Positions 53,745 through 61,790 of a stretch of 64,000 nucleotides of DNA are shown here, piece after piece. Position numbers and translations under genes: made by a program. Source of the stretch: Candidatus Eiseniibacteriota bacterium. Lineage in GTDB: Bacteria > Eisenbacteria > RBG-16-71-46 > JABDJR01. Position 1 is the first letter of the stretch, and the number at the start of each line of letters is the position of its first letter. The stretch is taken from contig CAWANH010000029.1 of NCBI GenBank assembly GCA_963783375.1, positions 1,344,001-1,408,000 on the forward strand. The letters are read 5' to 3'. The notes beneath the pieces were generated by a model that was not told the DNA's origin, did no database searches, and was given only the letters and a program-made list of their open reading frames with translations.

Positions 53745-54638
53745 TCATCCCCCGGCCGTGCCGGCCGACCGCCCCACGGCGGCCTCTGCCGGCTCCTGCC
53801 GCTCCCCCCCTTCCCCGGCGTCCACGTTCTTCATGCGCACGGAGAGCGACACCACCGCCACGGTCACTCCGAACAGGCACACGATGGTGGCCCCCATCGG
53901 CCAGTCCCGGGTATAGGACAGCACCGAGCCGAGGATCGAGACCACGAAGGCGATTCCCCAGGCCCAGAAGAGCCGCGACCTGCCGTGCCGGCCCAGGAGC
54001 GTCGCGACCACCAGGGGAACGATCAGGTACGAGAACACGGCCAGGACTCCGGACACCTTCACCGCGCTGGTCACCGCCAGCCCGAAGGCGACGTAGAACA
54101 GGAAGTCCCACTTCTTGACCGACAACCCCCGGCGCCGTGCCTCCTTCGGATCCTCGGAACACAGGGCCAGCTTCCACCGGCTGAAGTACAGGAAGGCCCC
54201 GACGACGGCGTACAGGGCGGCCGTGATCACGATGTCTTTCCAGGCCACCCACCCCAGCGCCTCCCCGCTCAGCGATCCCTGCACGTGCTCCGCCCCGTGG
54301 GGGGCGTTGGAGAGCAGGATCAACGTGGCGGCGGTGGCCAGGGCGAATGAGATCCCGATGAACGCCTCCTGCAGCACGGAGTGGTTCCGGTCCCACAGGA
54401 AGCTGAACAGGGCCGCCCCCAGGATGGTGAACCCGAAGGACCAGAGGTACATGCTTGGGTCGTGCGGCTCCGCTCCGAGGAGAAACGCGACGCTCGCCCC
54501 CAGGGCCGCGATCTGGGCCAGGGCCAGGTCGACGAAGATGACCCCCCGGGCCAGCACGTGCCGGCCCAGGGTGGGAAGCATCAAGGCGAGAAGCAGGCAT
54601 GCCAGGAGCGGCATGGCCATCACGGCGATGAATTCCAT
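53745..54638 (-). CDS. Metal (Zn/Mn) ABC transporter permease
   Basis: HVLARGVIFVDLALAQIAALG and GVLAVFSYLIVP; multi-TM. Confidence 0.9.
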   Translation of the reverse strand: MEFIAVMAMPLLACLLLALMLPTLGRHVLARGVIFVDLALAQIAALGASVAFLLGAEPHDPSMYLWSFGFTILGAALFSFLWDRNHSVLQEAFIGISFALATAATLILLSNAPHGAEHVQGSLSGEALGWVAWKDIVITAALYAVVGAFLYFSRWKLALCSEDPKEARRRGLSVKKWDFLFYVAFGLAVTSAVKVSGVLAVFSYLIVPLVVATLLGRHGRSRLFWAWGIAFVVSILGSVLSYTRDWPMGATIVCLFGVTVAVVSLSVRMKNVDAGEGGERQEPAEAAVGRSAGTAGG

Positions 54639-54648
54639 GGGTCTTACC

Positions 54649-55566
54649 TCACTCGCCCGACAGGGCCTTGGCGATCGACGACACCAGGACGTCGAACTTG
54701 GAGAACACGTCGTCGGTTCCGGGCAGACCGCCGACCTCGGTGGCGATCTCCACCGCGACGCCGTCCGCCCGCTTGGCCAGCTCCTTGCTGACGTCGGCCT
54801 TGTAGTAGGACTGGTAGAGAACGAGCTTCACCCCGGCCTGCTCCATGGCGTCGGCCAGCTCGGCGATGTGGCGGGGGGAAGGGGGGATTCCCGGCTTCCC
54901 CTCCACGGTTCCGAAGAGCTTCAGCCCGAACCGGTCGGCGAAGTAGACGAAGTTCTTGTGGTAGGTCACGACGGATGTCCCCTTGTAGGGGGCGAGCTCC
55001 GCCTCCCACCGCACCAGGGACGAGTCGATCCGGGCGTCGAACGTCTTGGCGTTGGCGCTGTAGTCGGCCGCGTTGGCGGGATCGAGCTGGGAGAAGACCC
55101 GGGCCAGGTGGTCCGCCACCACCTTCAGGTTCTCCGGATCGCAGTAGTAATGCGGGTTTCCGAGGGGGTGGATGTCGCCCTCCGCCCGGCTCACCGTGCC
55201 CGTCGGCTTCTCCAGAACCTTGACGCCGTCGGAGGCGTCCACGAAACCGGGCTGGCCGGGCTGGATCTTCGGGTTCCGGCTTCCCGGCAGGACCAGGGGC
55301 AACCAGCCGTCGTCCAGCTCCAGGCCGACCGACACGAACACGTCGGCGTGCTGGATCGCCTTCATGAGGCTCGGCTTGGCGGGAACGTAGTGCGGGTCTT
55401 CATACCCCTTGCACAGGGACTTGGCGTCGACGTGGTTCCCGCCCACGAACCGGGCCACCGAGGCCAGGTCGCTGAGCGACGTGGCGACCTTGAGCTTGGC
55501 GAAGGCGGGGGTGGCCAGGGTCAGAGCCAGGGCCGTGAAGGCCAGGTACCGAAAAAGTGCTTTCAT
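54649..55566 (-). CDS. Metal ABC transporter substrate-binding protein (cluster A-I, ZnuA-like)
   Basis: DPHY, GDIHPLGNPHYY, TYH and KPGIPPS. Confidence 0.92.
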   Translation of the reverse strand: MKALFRYLAFTALALTLATPAFAKLKVATSLSDLASVARFVGGNHVDAKSLCKGYEDPHYVPAKPSLMKAIQHADVFVSVGLELDDGWLPLVLPGSRNPKIQPGQPGFVDASDGVKVLEKPTGTVSRAEGDIHPLGNPHYYCDPENLKVVADHLARVFSQLDPANAADYSANAKTFDARIDSSLVRWEAELAPYKGTSVVTYHKNFVYFADRFGLKLFGTVEGKPGIPPSPRHIAELADAMEQAGVKLVLYQSYYKADVSKELAKRADGVAVEIATEVGGLPGTDDVFSKFDVLVSSIAKALSGE

Positions 55567-55629
55567 GGAGTCCTCCTGAACTTGCGGGTCGAATCCGTGG
55601 TTGTCTCCCGTCCGTCGTTCATCCCCGCC

Positions 55630-56718
55630 TCAATACGCATGGGCGGGGTGGTAGCCGATGGTGTAGCTCATCTGCACCATCAACCGCTGGTCGTGGGGCT
55701 TGTACCCCCCGCCGTCGGCCTGGGCGTAGCTGTACTCGAGCCGAACGTAGGAGAACTCCGAAGGCGTCCAGGCCACGTTGGCCGACGCCCGGCTGATCTT
55801 GCCGGCGACCGGGTCCCCGGCGTCGTCCACCAGCACGTCGAAGAAGCTGTCCTTCGCCTGCTCGACCCGGATCCCGGTCCACCAGACCTGGGCCCACCGG
55901 TACTGGAAGGACGCATAGCCGCCGTGCTGTTCCCGGTGGTACTTGCCCGCGACGTAGGTCCCTTTCTCGAGGTACTCGGCCTGGGCGATCCAGCCCCTCC
56001 GGTTGGAGTTCCGAAGCGGAACGTTGCGGAAGGTGAGATCCGCCCCGTAGGCGGCGTGAGGATGACCGTCCTCGCCCTGCCCCCTCAGGAGCGAGGCCCC
56101 CACTTCCATCGTGGTCTCGTCGCTGACGTCGAACACGTTCTTAAGACGGCCCAGGTACGGAACGTTCCCGTGGGCGCTGGATCCGAGGTCGAGAGGGTTC
56201 TCGTCGTCAAGGGGCCCGGCCTGGAAGGCGCCGGCGATCACCTCCGAGTACCACGGGAGCGGGGTGAGCCAGGACGCTTCCACCCCGGCGTCCTTGAAGC
56301 CCTCCTCCCCGATGGTGTTGGCCATGATGACCGGGGCCTGGACGAAGGGAAACGCGTGGGTATGGAGCTGGCCGTGCTTCCCGAACGCGGCGCGGATCTT
56401 CCCCAGCTTGAGCTGGATGCCGGGGATGCTGGAGGTCCGGGCCCAGACCTCCTCCGGGGTCACCTCGTCGGGCCCGAACACCAGGTTGGCCTCGAGCAGC
56501 CAATAGGGGTCCACCACCGAGATGACGGACATCTCGGACTCCTGAAACCGGGGCCCGTAGGGCTCGTCGATGTTGGGGGCGAACTGGTCGAGAAACAGCG
56601 CATTGAACCCGATCGACGGGTTGGCGAGATTGGAATAGATCGAACGCGTCTGGGCGTGACCCGACGATGGAACGCCGGCCAGGGCCAGACAAAGACAGAG
56701 AAGCACGCATCGTCTCAT
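55630..56718 (-). CDS. Outer-membrane beta-barrel protein associated with metal uptake
   Basis: Signal peptide; NPSIG, VDPY, FG..GQLHTHAFPF, PSEFS.VRLEY and His-rich C-terminus IGYHPAHAY. Confidence 0.8.
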   Translation of the reverse strand: MRRCVLLCLCLALAGVPSSGHAQTRSIYSNLANPSIGFNALFLDQFAPNIDEPYGPRFQESEMSVISVVDPYWLLEANLVFGPDEVTPEEVWARTSSIPGIQLKLGKIRAAFGKHGQLHTHAFPFVQAPVIMANTIGEEGFKDAGVEASWLTPLPWYSEVIAGAFQAGPLDDENPLDLGSSAHGNVPYLGRLKNVFDVSDETTMEVGASLLRGQGEDGHPHAAYGADLTFRNVPLRNSNRRGWIAQAEYLEKGTYVAGKYHREQHGGYASFQYRWAQVWWTGIRVEQAKDSFFDVLVDDAGDPVAGKISRASANVAWTPSEFSYVRLEYSYAQADGGGYKPHDQRLMVQMSYTIGYHPAHAY

Positions 56719-56884
56719 GCGGACTTGACCTCCTGATTCGGATCGAATGATGGACGGAGAAAGACCGCCCGGGCGACGAAGTCCGGGTGCTTTCCCTACA
56801 CGGGTCCCACGCCGGTGGAGAACGGCCGCAGCACAGGTATCCCCATGGCGGGGCGGCCGGAGCGAGCGTGGGAGCGGTTCGGGA

Positions 56885-57217
56885 TCAGGCGGTGGGAGGA
56901 GCGCGGAGACGGATGTTGACGAGATGGGGGGCGGGAGCCAAGGGCTCGTCGACCCGGGGGAGTTCGCCGGGAGCCTCGGGAAGGCCCTGGACGACGGGGG
57001 CCGCGGTCTGGGGAACCGAATCCGTCCGGCCCGCCACCACCCGGCAGATCGCGCAGTTGGGATGCGATCCCGCCGTTTCGTGGTGATGGATACCGGTGGC
57101 CTCGACCCCCGAGGCGAAGACCATGGCGAAGAGGAAGGCCAGGGTGACGCCGAAACGCGCCACCCCCGCTCCGCGCCGCGCCGGACGCGCGTCTTCTGAG
57201 GGCCTGCCGAAGAACAT
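56885..57217 (-). CDS. DUF2946/CruR-like leader protein (TM, HHH, CxxC, C-terminal RAPP)
   Basis: Hydrophobic segment, HHHETAGSHPNCAIC and terminal LRAPPTA; lies directly upstream of the metal uptake genes. Confidence 0.75.
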   Translation of the reverse strand: MFFGRPSEDARPARRGAGVARFGVTLAFLFAMVFASGVEATGIHHHETAGSHPNCAICRVVAGRTDSVPQTAAPVVQGLPEAPGELPRVDEPLAPAPHLVNIRLRAPPTA

Positions 57218-57353
57218 GGCGTTCAGCTTAGACCGTTGACCGAAGACGACCAAGGGGAAAATCGCCCCCCGGAACCCGGCTTGCCGCGGACCCCGCCACC
57301 AGCTACGCTCTCGAATACCCCCGTGTTCGCCCCGCCGGGCGAGGGAGGCTCTC

Positions 57354-57812
57354 ATGGACGTTGAATTCAAGACCATCGTCGCCCCAACCGACTTCTCCCC
57401 CTTCTCCGAGGAAGCGCTCCAGTATGCGCGTTCCCTGGCCGGGAAGTTCAACGCGGTGATCCACCTGGTTCACGCCCTGGAGCGCCCCCAGGACGTTCCC
57501 TGGTGGGTGGCCGAGCGGGAGTACTCCGTCAGCCAGGCCAACGTCGCCGAGCGGGCCAAGGAGCGCCTGACCGAGATCATGGGCCGGCTTCTCCCCGGCG
57601 TCACCGTGGAGCCCCACGTCCGGGTGGGCTCCCCCTCCGAGGAGATCGTGAAGACGGCCCACGACAGCCATGCCGACCTCATCGTGATCGCCACCCACGG
57701 CCGGGGCGGGCTCTCCCGGGTTCTCTTCGGAAGCGTGACCGAGCGGGTGGTTCGTCACGCTCCGTGCCCCGTGCTCACCGTCCGGCCGGAGAAATCCAAA
57801 GTGCAGCAATGA
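57354..57812 (+). CDS. Universal stress protein
   Basis: IVAPTDFS, DLIVIATHGRGG and FGSVTERVVRHAPCPVLTV. Confidence 0.95.
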   Translation: MDVEFKTIVAPTDFSPFSEEALQYARSLAGKFNAVIHLVHALERPQDVPWWVAEREYSVSQANVAERAKERLTEIMGRLLPGVTVEPHVRVGSPSEEIVKTAHDSHADLIVIATHGRGGLSRVLFGSVTERVVRHAPCPVLTVRPEKSKVQQ

Positions 57813-57840
57813 CCTCCGCCCAGCTGGAAAGGAACCGCAC

Positions 57841-58647
57841 ATGCATCCCGTGAAATCCGCCGGACTCGCCCTCCTCGGGGCGGCGCTCCTCCTCGCCCCG
57901 TCCCCGGCCCGGGCCGGAAAGGACCCCAAGGCGGTGGAGCTGGCCGAGGCGAGCATGAAGGCCATGGGCGGCCGGGAGAACTTCGACGCCGCCCGGATGC
58001 TCACCTTCCGCTTCACCGTGGTCCGCGAGGGGAAGACCCTGGTGGACCGCCTGCACCGTTGGGATCGCTGGACCGGCCGCTATCGCCTCGACACCGTGAC
58101 CAGGGAGGGCGATCCCCTCCAGGTGCTCATGAACGTCAACGACAAGAAGGGCCGGGTGTGGATCGCGGGGAACGAGGTCGCCGGCGACGAGGCCGCGTCC
58201 TACGTCGATCACGCCTACGCCCAGTACATCAACGACATGTACTGGCTGCTCATGCCCTGGAAATGGCTGGACGACGGGGTGAACCTCTCCTACGACGGCG
58301 CCGCGGTCCGCGACAGCACGACCTACGACGTGGTGGGCCTCACCTTCGGAAGCGGGGTGGGACTCACCTCCAACGATCACTACTGGGCGTTCGTCAATCC
58401 CCGGACCCATCTCATGGAACGCTGGGAGTTCATCCTCCAGAAGGAGGACGGGAGCCCCGGGGACGGCCCGCCGTCGGTCTTCGCCTGGAGGGACTGGAAG
58501 AACGTGGGCGCGGGCATCACCCTGGCCACCCGGAAAGTCCAGCTCGAGACCGGCGACAAGCCGGCGACCTCGATCGTCTTCCCCCAGGTCGCCTTCTCCC
58601 GCACGGTGGACGAGGCGGCGTTCGAGGCACCCCCCGTGGCTCGCTGA
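57841..58647 (+). CDS. Exported hypothetical protein (possibly DUF6503/LolA-like)
   Basis: Signal peptide; AMGG, HRWD, NDMYWLLMPWK.LDDGV and VGLTSND.Y. Family assignment is tentative. Confidence 0.75.
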   Translation: MHPVKSAGLALLGAALLLAPSPARAGKDPKAVELAEASMKAMGGRENFDAARMLTFRFTVVREGKTLVDRLHRWDRWTGRYRLDTVTREGDPLQVLMNVNDKKGRVWIAGNEVAGDEAASYVDHAYAQYINDMYWLLMPWKWLDDGVNLSYDGAAVRDSTTYDVVGLTFGSGVGLTSNDHYWAFVNPRTHLMERWEFILQKEDGSPGDGPPSVFAWRDWKNVGAGITLATRKVQLETGDKPATSIVFPQVAFSRTVDEAAFEAPPVAR

Positions 58648-58838
58648 GAGAGGCCCCGGAAAAGGCGATGCGGAAGCCCGCAATTCCCGGCGCGCCGGTT
58701 CGCGACCGCCGGAGCCGGACCCCCGTTTGCGTTGACCCCCGAAATGAATTGAATTAGATTCTACCCTTGCTCGCAGGCGGGAAACCTCCTCCCGCCCGGC
58801 CGTCGGCCCCTGGGAACCGCACCGCGGAGGCACCGCTC

Positions 58839-59687
58839 ATGACGCGACCCCGGCCCCGAGACCTCCTCGATCGGATCTCCCGCCTCCTCACGATCGTCGG
58901 GGCGGCGCTCCCGGGCGGAGTCCTGCTGATCGGCCTCTTCCCCACCGCCACCATCGCCCAGGGTCCGGAACCCCCTCCCGAGCACCACGCGCTCCTGGAT
59001 ACGGGCCACGTTCCGGAGACCTACGCGGGGATCCTTCTTCCCGGGCGGACCGCGCTCATGAAATCCAAGCACAGCGACCAGGTGATCGAGGTCACCGCCC
59101 GGGTGGGAGCCGCGGTGAAGAAGGACCAGCTTCTTCTTCGCCTCACCGACCGGGAGGAGTCGGTGGCCAGGGACCGGGCCGAGGCGCTTCTCACCAAGGC
59201 CAAGGCGGACTACGGACGGGTGAAGAAGCTCCACCAAGAGGGCGGAACCAGCGACGACGGCCTGGAAACCGCCGAGACCAACCTCCGGCTCGCCCAGGCG
59301 GATTTCGATCTGGCGGCGATCCGCCTCGCCGACCGGTCGATCCGCTCCCCGTTCGACGGCATCCTGGCCGAGCGCTACGTCGATCCCGGGACCTCGGTGG
59401 AGGAAGGGGATCCGCTCCTTCGCGTGTCCTCGGTGAGCCCGCTCCGGATGGAGGCGATCCTTCCCGAGTCGGCGCTCCCCGGCCTCTCCGGTCCCACCGA
59501 GGTGGAGATCACCCCGAGCTACCCGGACACCGTGATCCGGGTCTCGGTGACGCTCGGCTCCATCGTGGTGGACCCGGCCAGCGGGACCTTCCCCCTCCAG
59601 GTCGAGGTGGACAACGCCCGCCGGCTCCTGGTACCGGGGGTGAGCTGCAAGGTCGTGATCCCCGCCCGCTCCGGCGCCTCCCCGTGA
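58839..59687 (+). CDS. Membrane fusion protein (RND/HlyD periplasmic adaptor)
   Basis: GGAGG RBS; lipoyl-like G..VKKDQLL, alpha hairpin, IRSPFDG, VDPASGTF and PG. Confidence 0.85.
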   Translation: MTRPRPRDLLDRISRLLTIVGAALPGGVLLIGLFPTATIAQGPEPPPEHHALLDTGHVPETYAGILLPGRTALMKSKHSDQVIEVTARVGAAVKKDQLLLRLTDREESVARDRAEALLTKAKADYGRVKKLHQEGGTSDDGLETAETNLRLAQADFDLAAIRLADRSIRSPFDGILAERYVDPGTSVEEGDPLLRVSSVSPLRMEAILPESALPGLSGPTEVEITPSYPDTVIRVSVTLGSIVVDPASGTFPLQVEVDNARRLLVPGVSCKVVIPARSGASP

Positions 59688-61744
59688 ACCCCGGCCGCAC
59701 GTACAAGCTCCGCGACGATCTGGTCATCCGCCGGCGGGTCTTCTCCGGCGACGTGAAGTACGTGGTCAAGGACCCCCTCCGCCTCGACTACTACACCGTG
59801 GACGAGCTGAGCTACACCCTCCTCTCCCTCTGCGACGGGAAGCGGGGTCTGGCCGAGCTCAGCGCGGCGGCGGACCGGTTCTTTCCGGGGATGGGGCTGA
59901 ACGCCCTGACCCTGCTCAACTTCTACGAGACCTACCGGTCCTTCCACTTCTTCGAGGACGCCTGGGAGCGGAACGTGCTCCTGATCGAACGCCGCCGGAC
60001 CAACCGGGCCAAGACCCTGAAGCGCGCCTTCGCCAACCCCCTGGAGATCCACCTCCCGGCCTGGAACCCCGACCGGTTCTTCGGAAGGATCGTGAAGCCC
60101 CTCCGAGCGCTCTTCACCGTGAGGGCCCTCCTGGTCTACGCGGCGGTGTTCCTGGGGGCGCTCTGGATCATGCTCACCAACGCCGACCGCTTCGCCCTGG
60201 GCTTCGGGGAGCTCTGGGTCATCCAGGGAAAGGCGTTTCTGGGCATCGTCACTCTGTGGTGCATCCTCCTCTTCACCGTGGTGCTCCACGAGATGGGCCA
60301 CGGCCTGACCTGCAAGCACTTCGGGGGCGGCGTGTTCAAGATCGGGTTCCTGTTCCTCTACTTCAACCCCTGCATGTATTGCGACGTGACCGAAAGCTAT
60401 TTCTTCGAGAACAGGAACCACAAGCACGCGGTGACCCTGGCCGGCGGGATCGTGGATCTCATGACCGCCTCCATCGCCACCTTCATCTGGTACCTCACCC
60501 CCTCCGACCTCTTCGTGAACCAGGTGGCGCACCGGGTGGCGCTGTTCAACGGGGTTACCGGGATCCTGGTCAACTACAACCCGCTCATGAAATACGACGG
60601 GTACTTCCTGGTGGCCGACCAGCTCGGGATCCCCAACCTCCGCGGCGAGTCCTTCCGGTTCCTGGGGATACGCATGCGTCGTCTCTTCGGCCTCCCCCAC
60701 GAGGACGAGCTGGTGACCCCGCGGGAGCGGCGCATCTTCTGGATCTTCGGGATCGCCGCCGTGCTCTACAGCGCCTTCGTGCTCTGGTTCGTGGTGCACA
60801 TGGTGGGGGGGTTCCTGATCGCGCACCTCCGGGCCGCGGGCTACCTCATCACCGCGGCCCTGGTGCTCCTCATGACCCAGCGATACATCCGGGGACTGGG
60901 AGGCTTCATGCGCTTCTTCGCCGCCGACAAGGCCGGACACTTCCGCCGCTGGCGACTGCCCTACGGAGCGGGGGCGGCGGTGCTCCTGGCGTTCCTCTTC
61001 CTGGTCCCCCTCCCCCGTCACGTGCGGGGCGGGTTCACCTTCCGCCCCGGAACCGAGATGGTGCTCCGGGCCCGGGAAGCGGGGGTGGTGGCGCGGGTCG
61101 ACGCCGGCGAGGGGGAGACGGTGGCCGCGGGGGCGGCGCCGGTGATCGTCCGCTCCGAGGCGGTCACGCTCCGGGCCGGGCGCGCCCGCGCCGCCCTGGC
61201 CGAGGCCTCGGTGGGACGCACCGCGGCCCAGGCCGCCCACGATCCCGCCGAAGCGGCCATCCGCGAAGCGGACGCGGCGTCCGGACGCTTCCTCGCCGAC
61301 CAGATGGCCCGCCGGGAGGACCGGCTGAGCCCCACCGCTCCCTTCGCGGGGATGGTCCTCACCCCACGCCTCGACGAGAGGGTCGGTTTGGCGGTGGCGC
61401 CGGGCGACACCCTGTGCGTGCTCGGGAACCTGGGTACCCTTCGGGCCGCGGTCCTGGTGGACGAGCAGGACCTGGGGATCCTCGATGCCGGCGCCCCGGT
61501 GGAGCTTCGCGCCGAAGCCGATCCCGGCCGTCTCCTTCGGGGACGGGTGGAGGGGATCGCTCCCGAACCCTCGGGAGGCGCGGTGCGGCGGCTCTACAAG
61601 GTCACGGTGGAGGTCGAGAACCCGGACGGCCGCCTCCGCCCCGGCATGACCGGGACCGCGCGGTTCGGCGCGGGGAAGGCCACCCCCTTCCGCCACCTCA
61701 CCGGGGAGATGACCCGGCTCATCCGCATCCAGTTCTGGATCTGA
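59684..61744 (+). CDS. PqqD/RRE-like domain + M50 (site-2) metalloprotease + HlyD-like MFP fusion
   Basis: YVVKDP...LLSLCDG.R N-terminus; HEMGH; NPLMKYDGY; C-terminal TAPFAG...LRPGMTG. Confidence 0.88.
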   Translation: MNPGRTYKLRDDLVIRRRVFSGDVKYVVKDPLRLDYYTVDELSYTLLSLCDGKRGLAELSAAADRFFPGMGLNALTLLNFYETYRSFHFFEDAWERNVLLIERRRTNRAKTLKRAFANPLEIHLPAWNPDRFFGRIVKPLRALFTVRALLVYAAVFLGALWIMLTNADRFALGFGELWVIQGKAFLGIVTLWCILLFTVVLHEMGHGLTCKHFGGGVFKIGFLFLYFNPCMYCDVTESYFFENRNHKHAVTLAGGIVDLMTASIATFIWYLTPSDLFVNQVAHRVALFNGVTGILVNYNPLMKYDGYFLVADQLGIPNLRGESFRFLGIRMRRLFGLPHEDELVTPRERRIFWIFGIAAVLYSAFVLWFVVHMVGGFLIAHLRAAGYLITAALVLLMTQRYIRGLGGFMRFFAADKAGHFRRWRLPYGAGAAVLLAFLFLVPLPRHVRGGFTFRPGTEMVLRAREAGVVARVDAGEGETVAAGAAPVIVRSEAVTLRAGRARAALAEASVGRTAAQAAHDPAEAAIREADAASGRFLADQMARREDRLSPTAPFAGMVLTPRLDERVGLAVAPGDTLCVLGNLGTLRAAVLVDEQDLGILDAGAPVELRAEADPGRLLRGRVEGIAPEPSGGAVRRLYKVTVEVENPDGRLRPGMTGTARFGAGKATPFRHLTGEMTRLIRIQFWI

Positions 61745-61790
61745 GTCCCCGGCCGCGGGGCCGGGTGGAGTGGACGATCGAGGGGAAACC

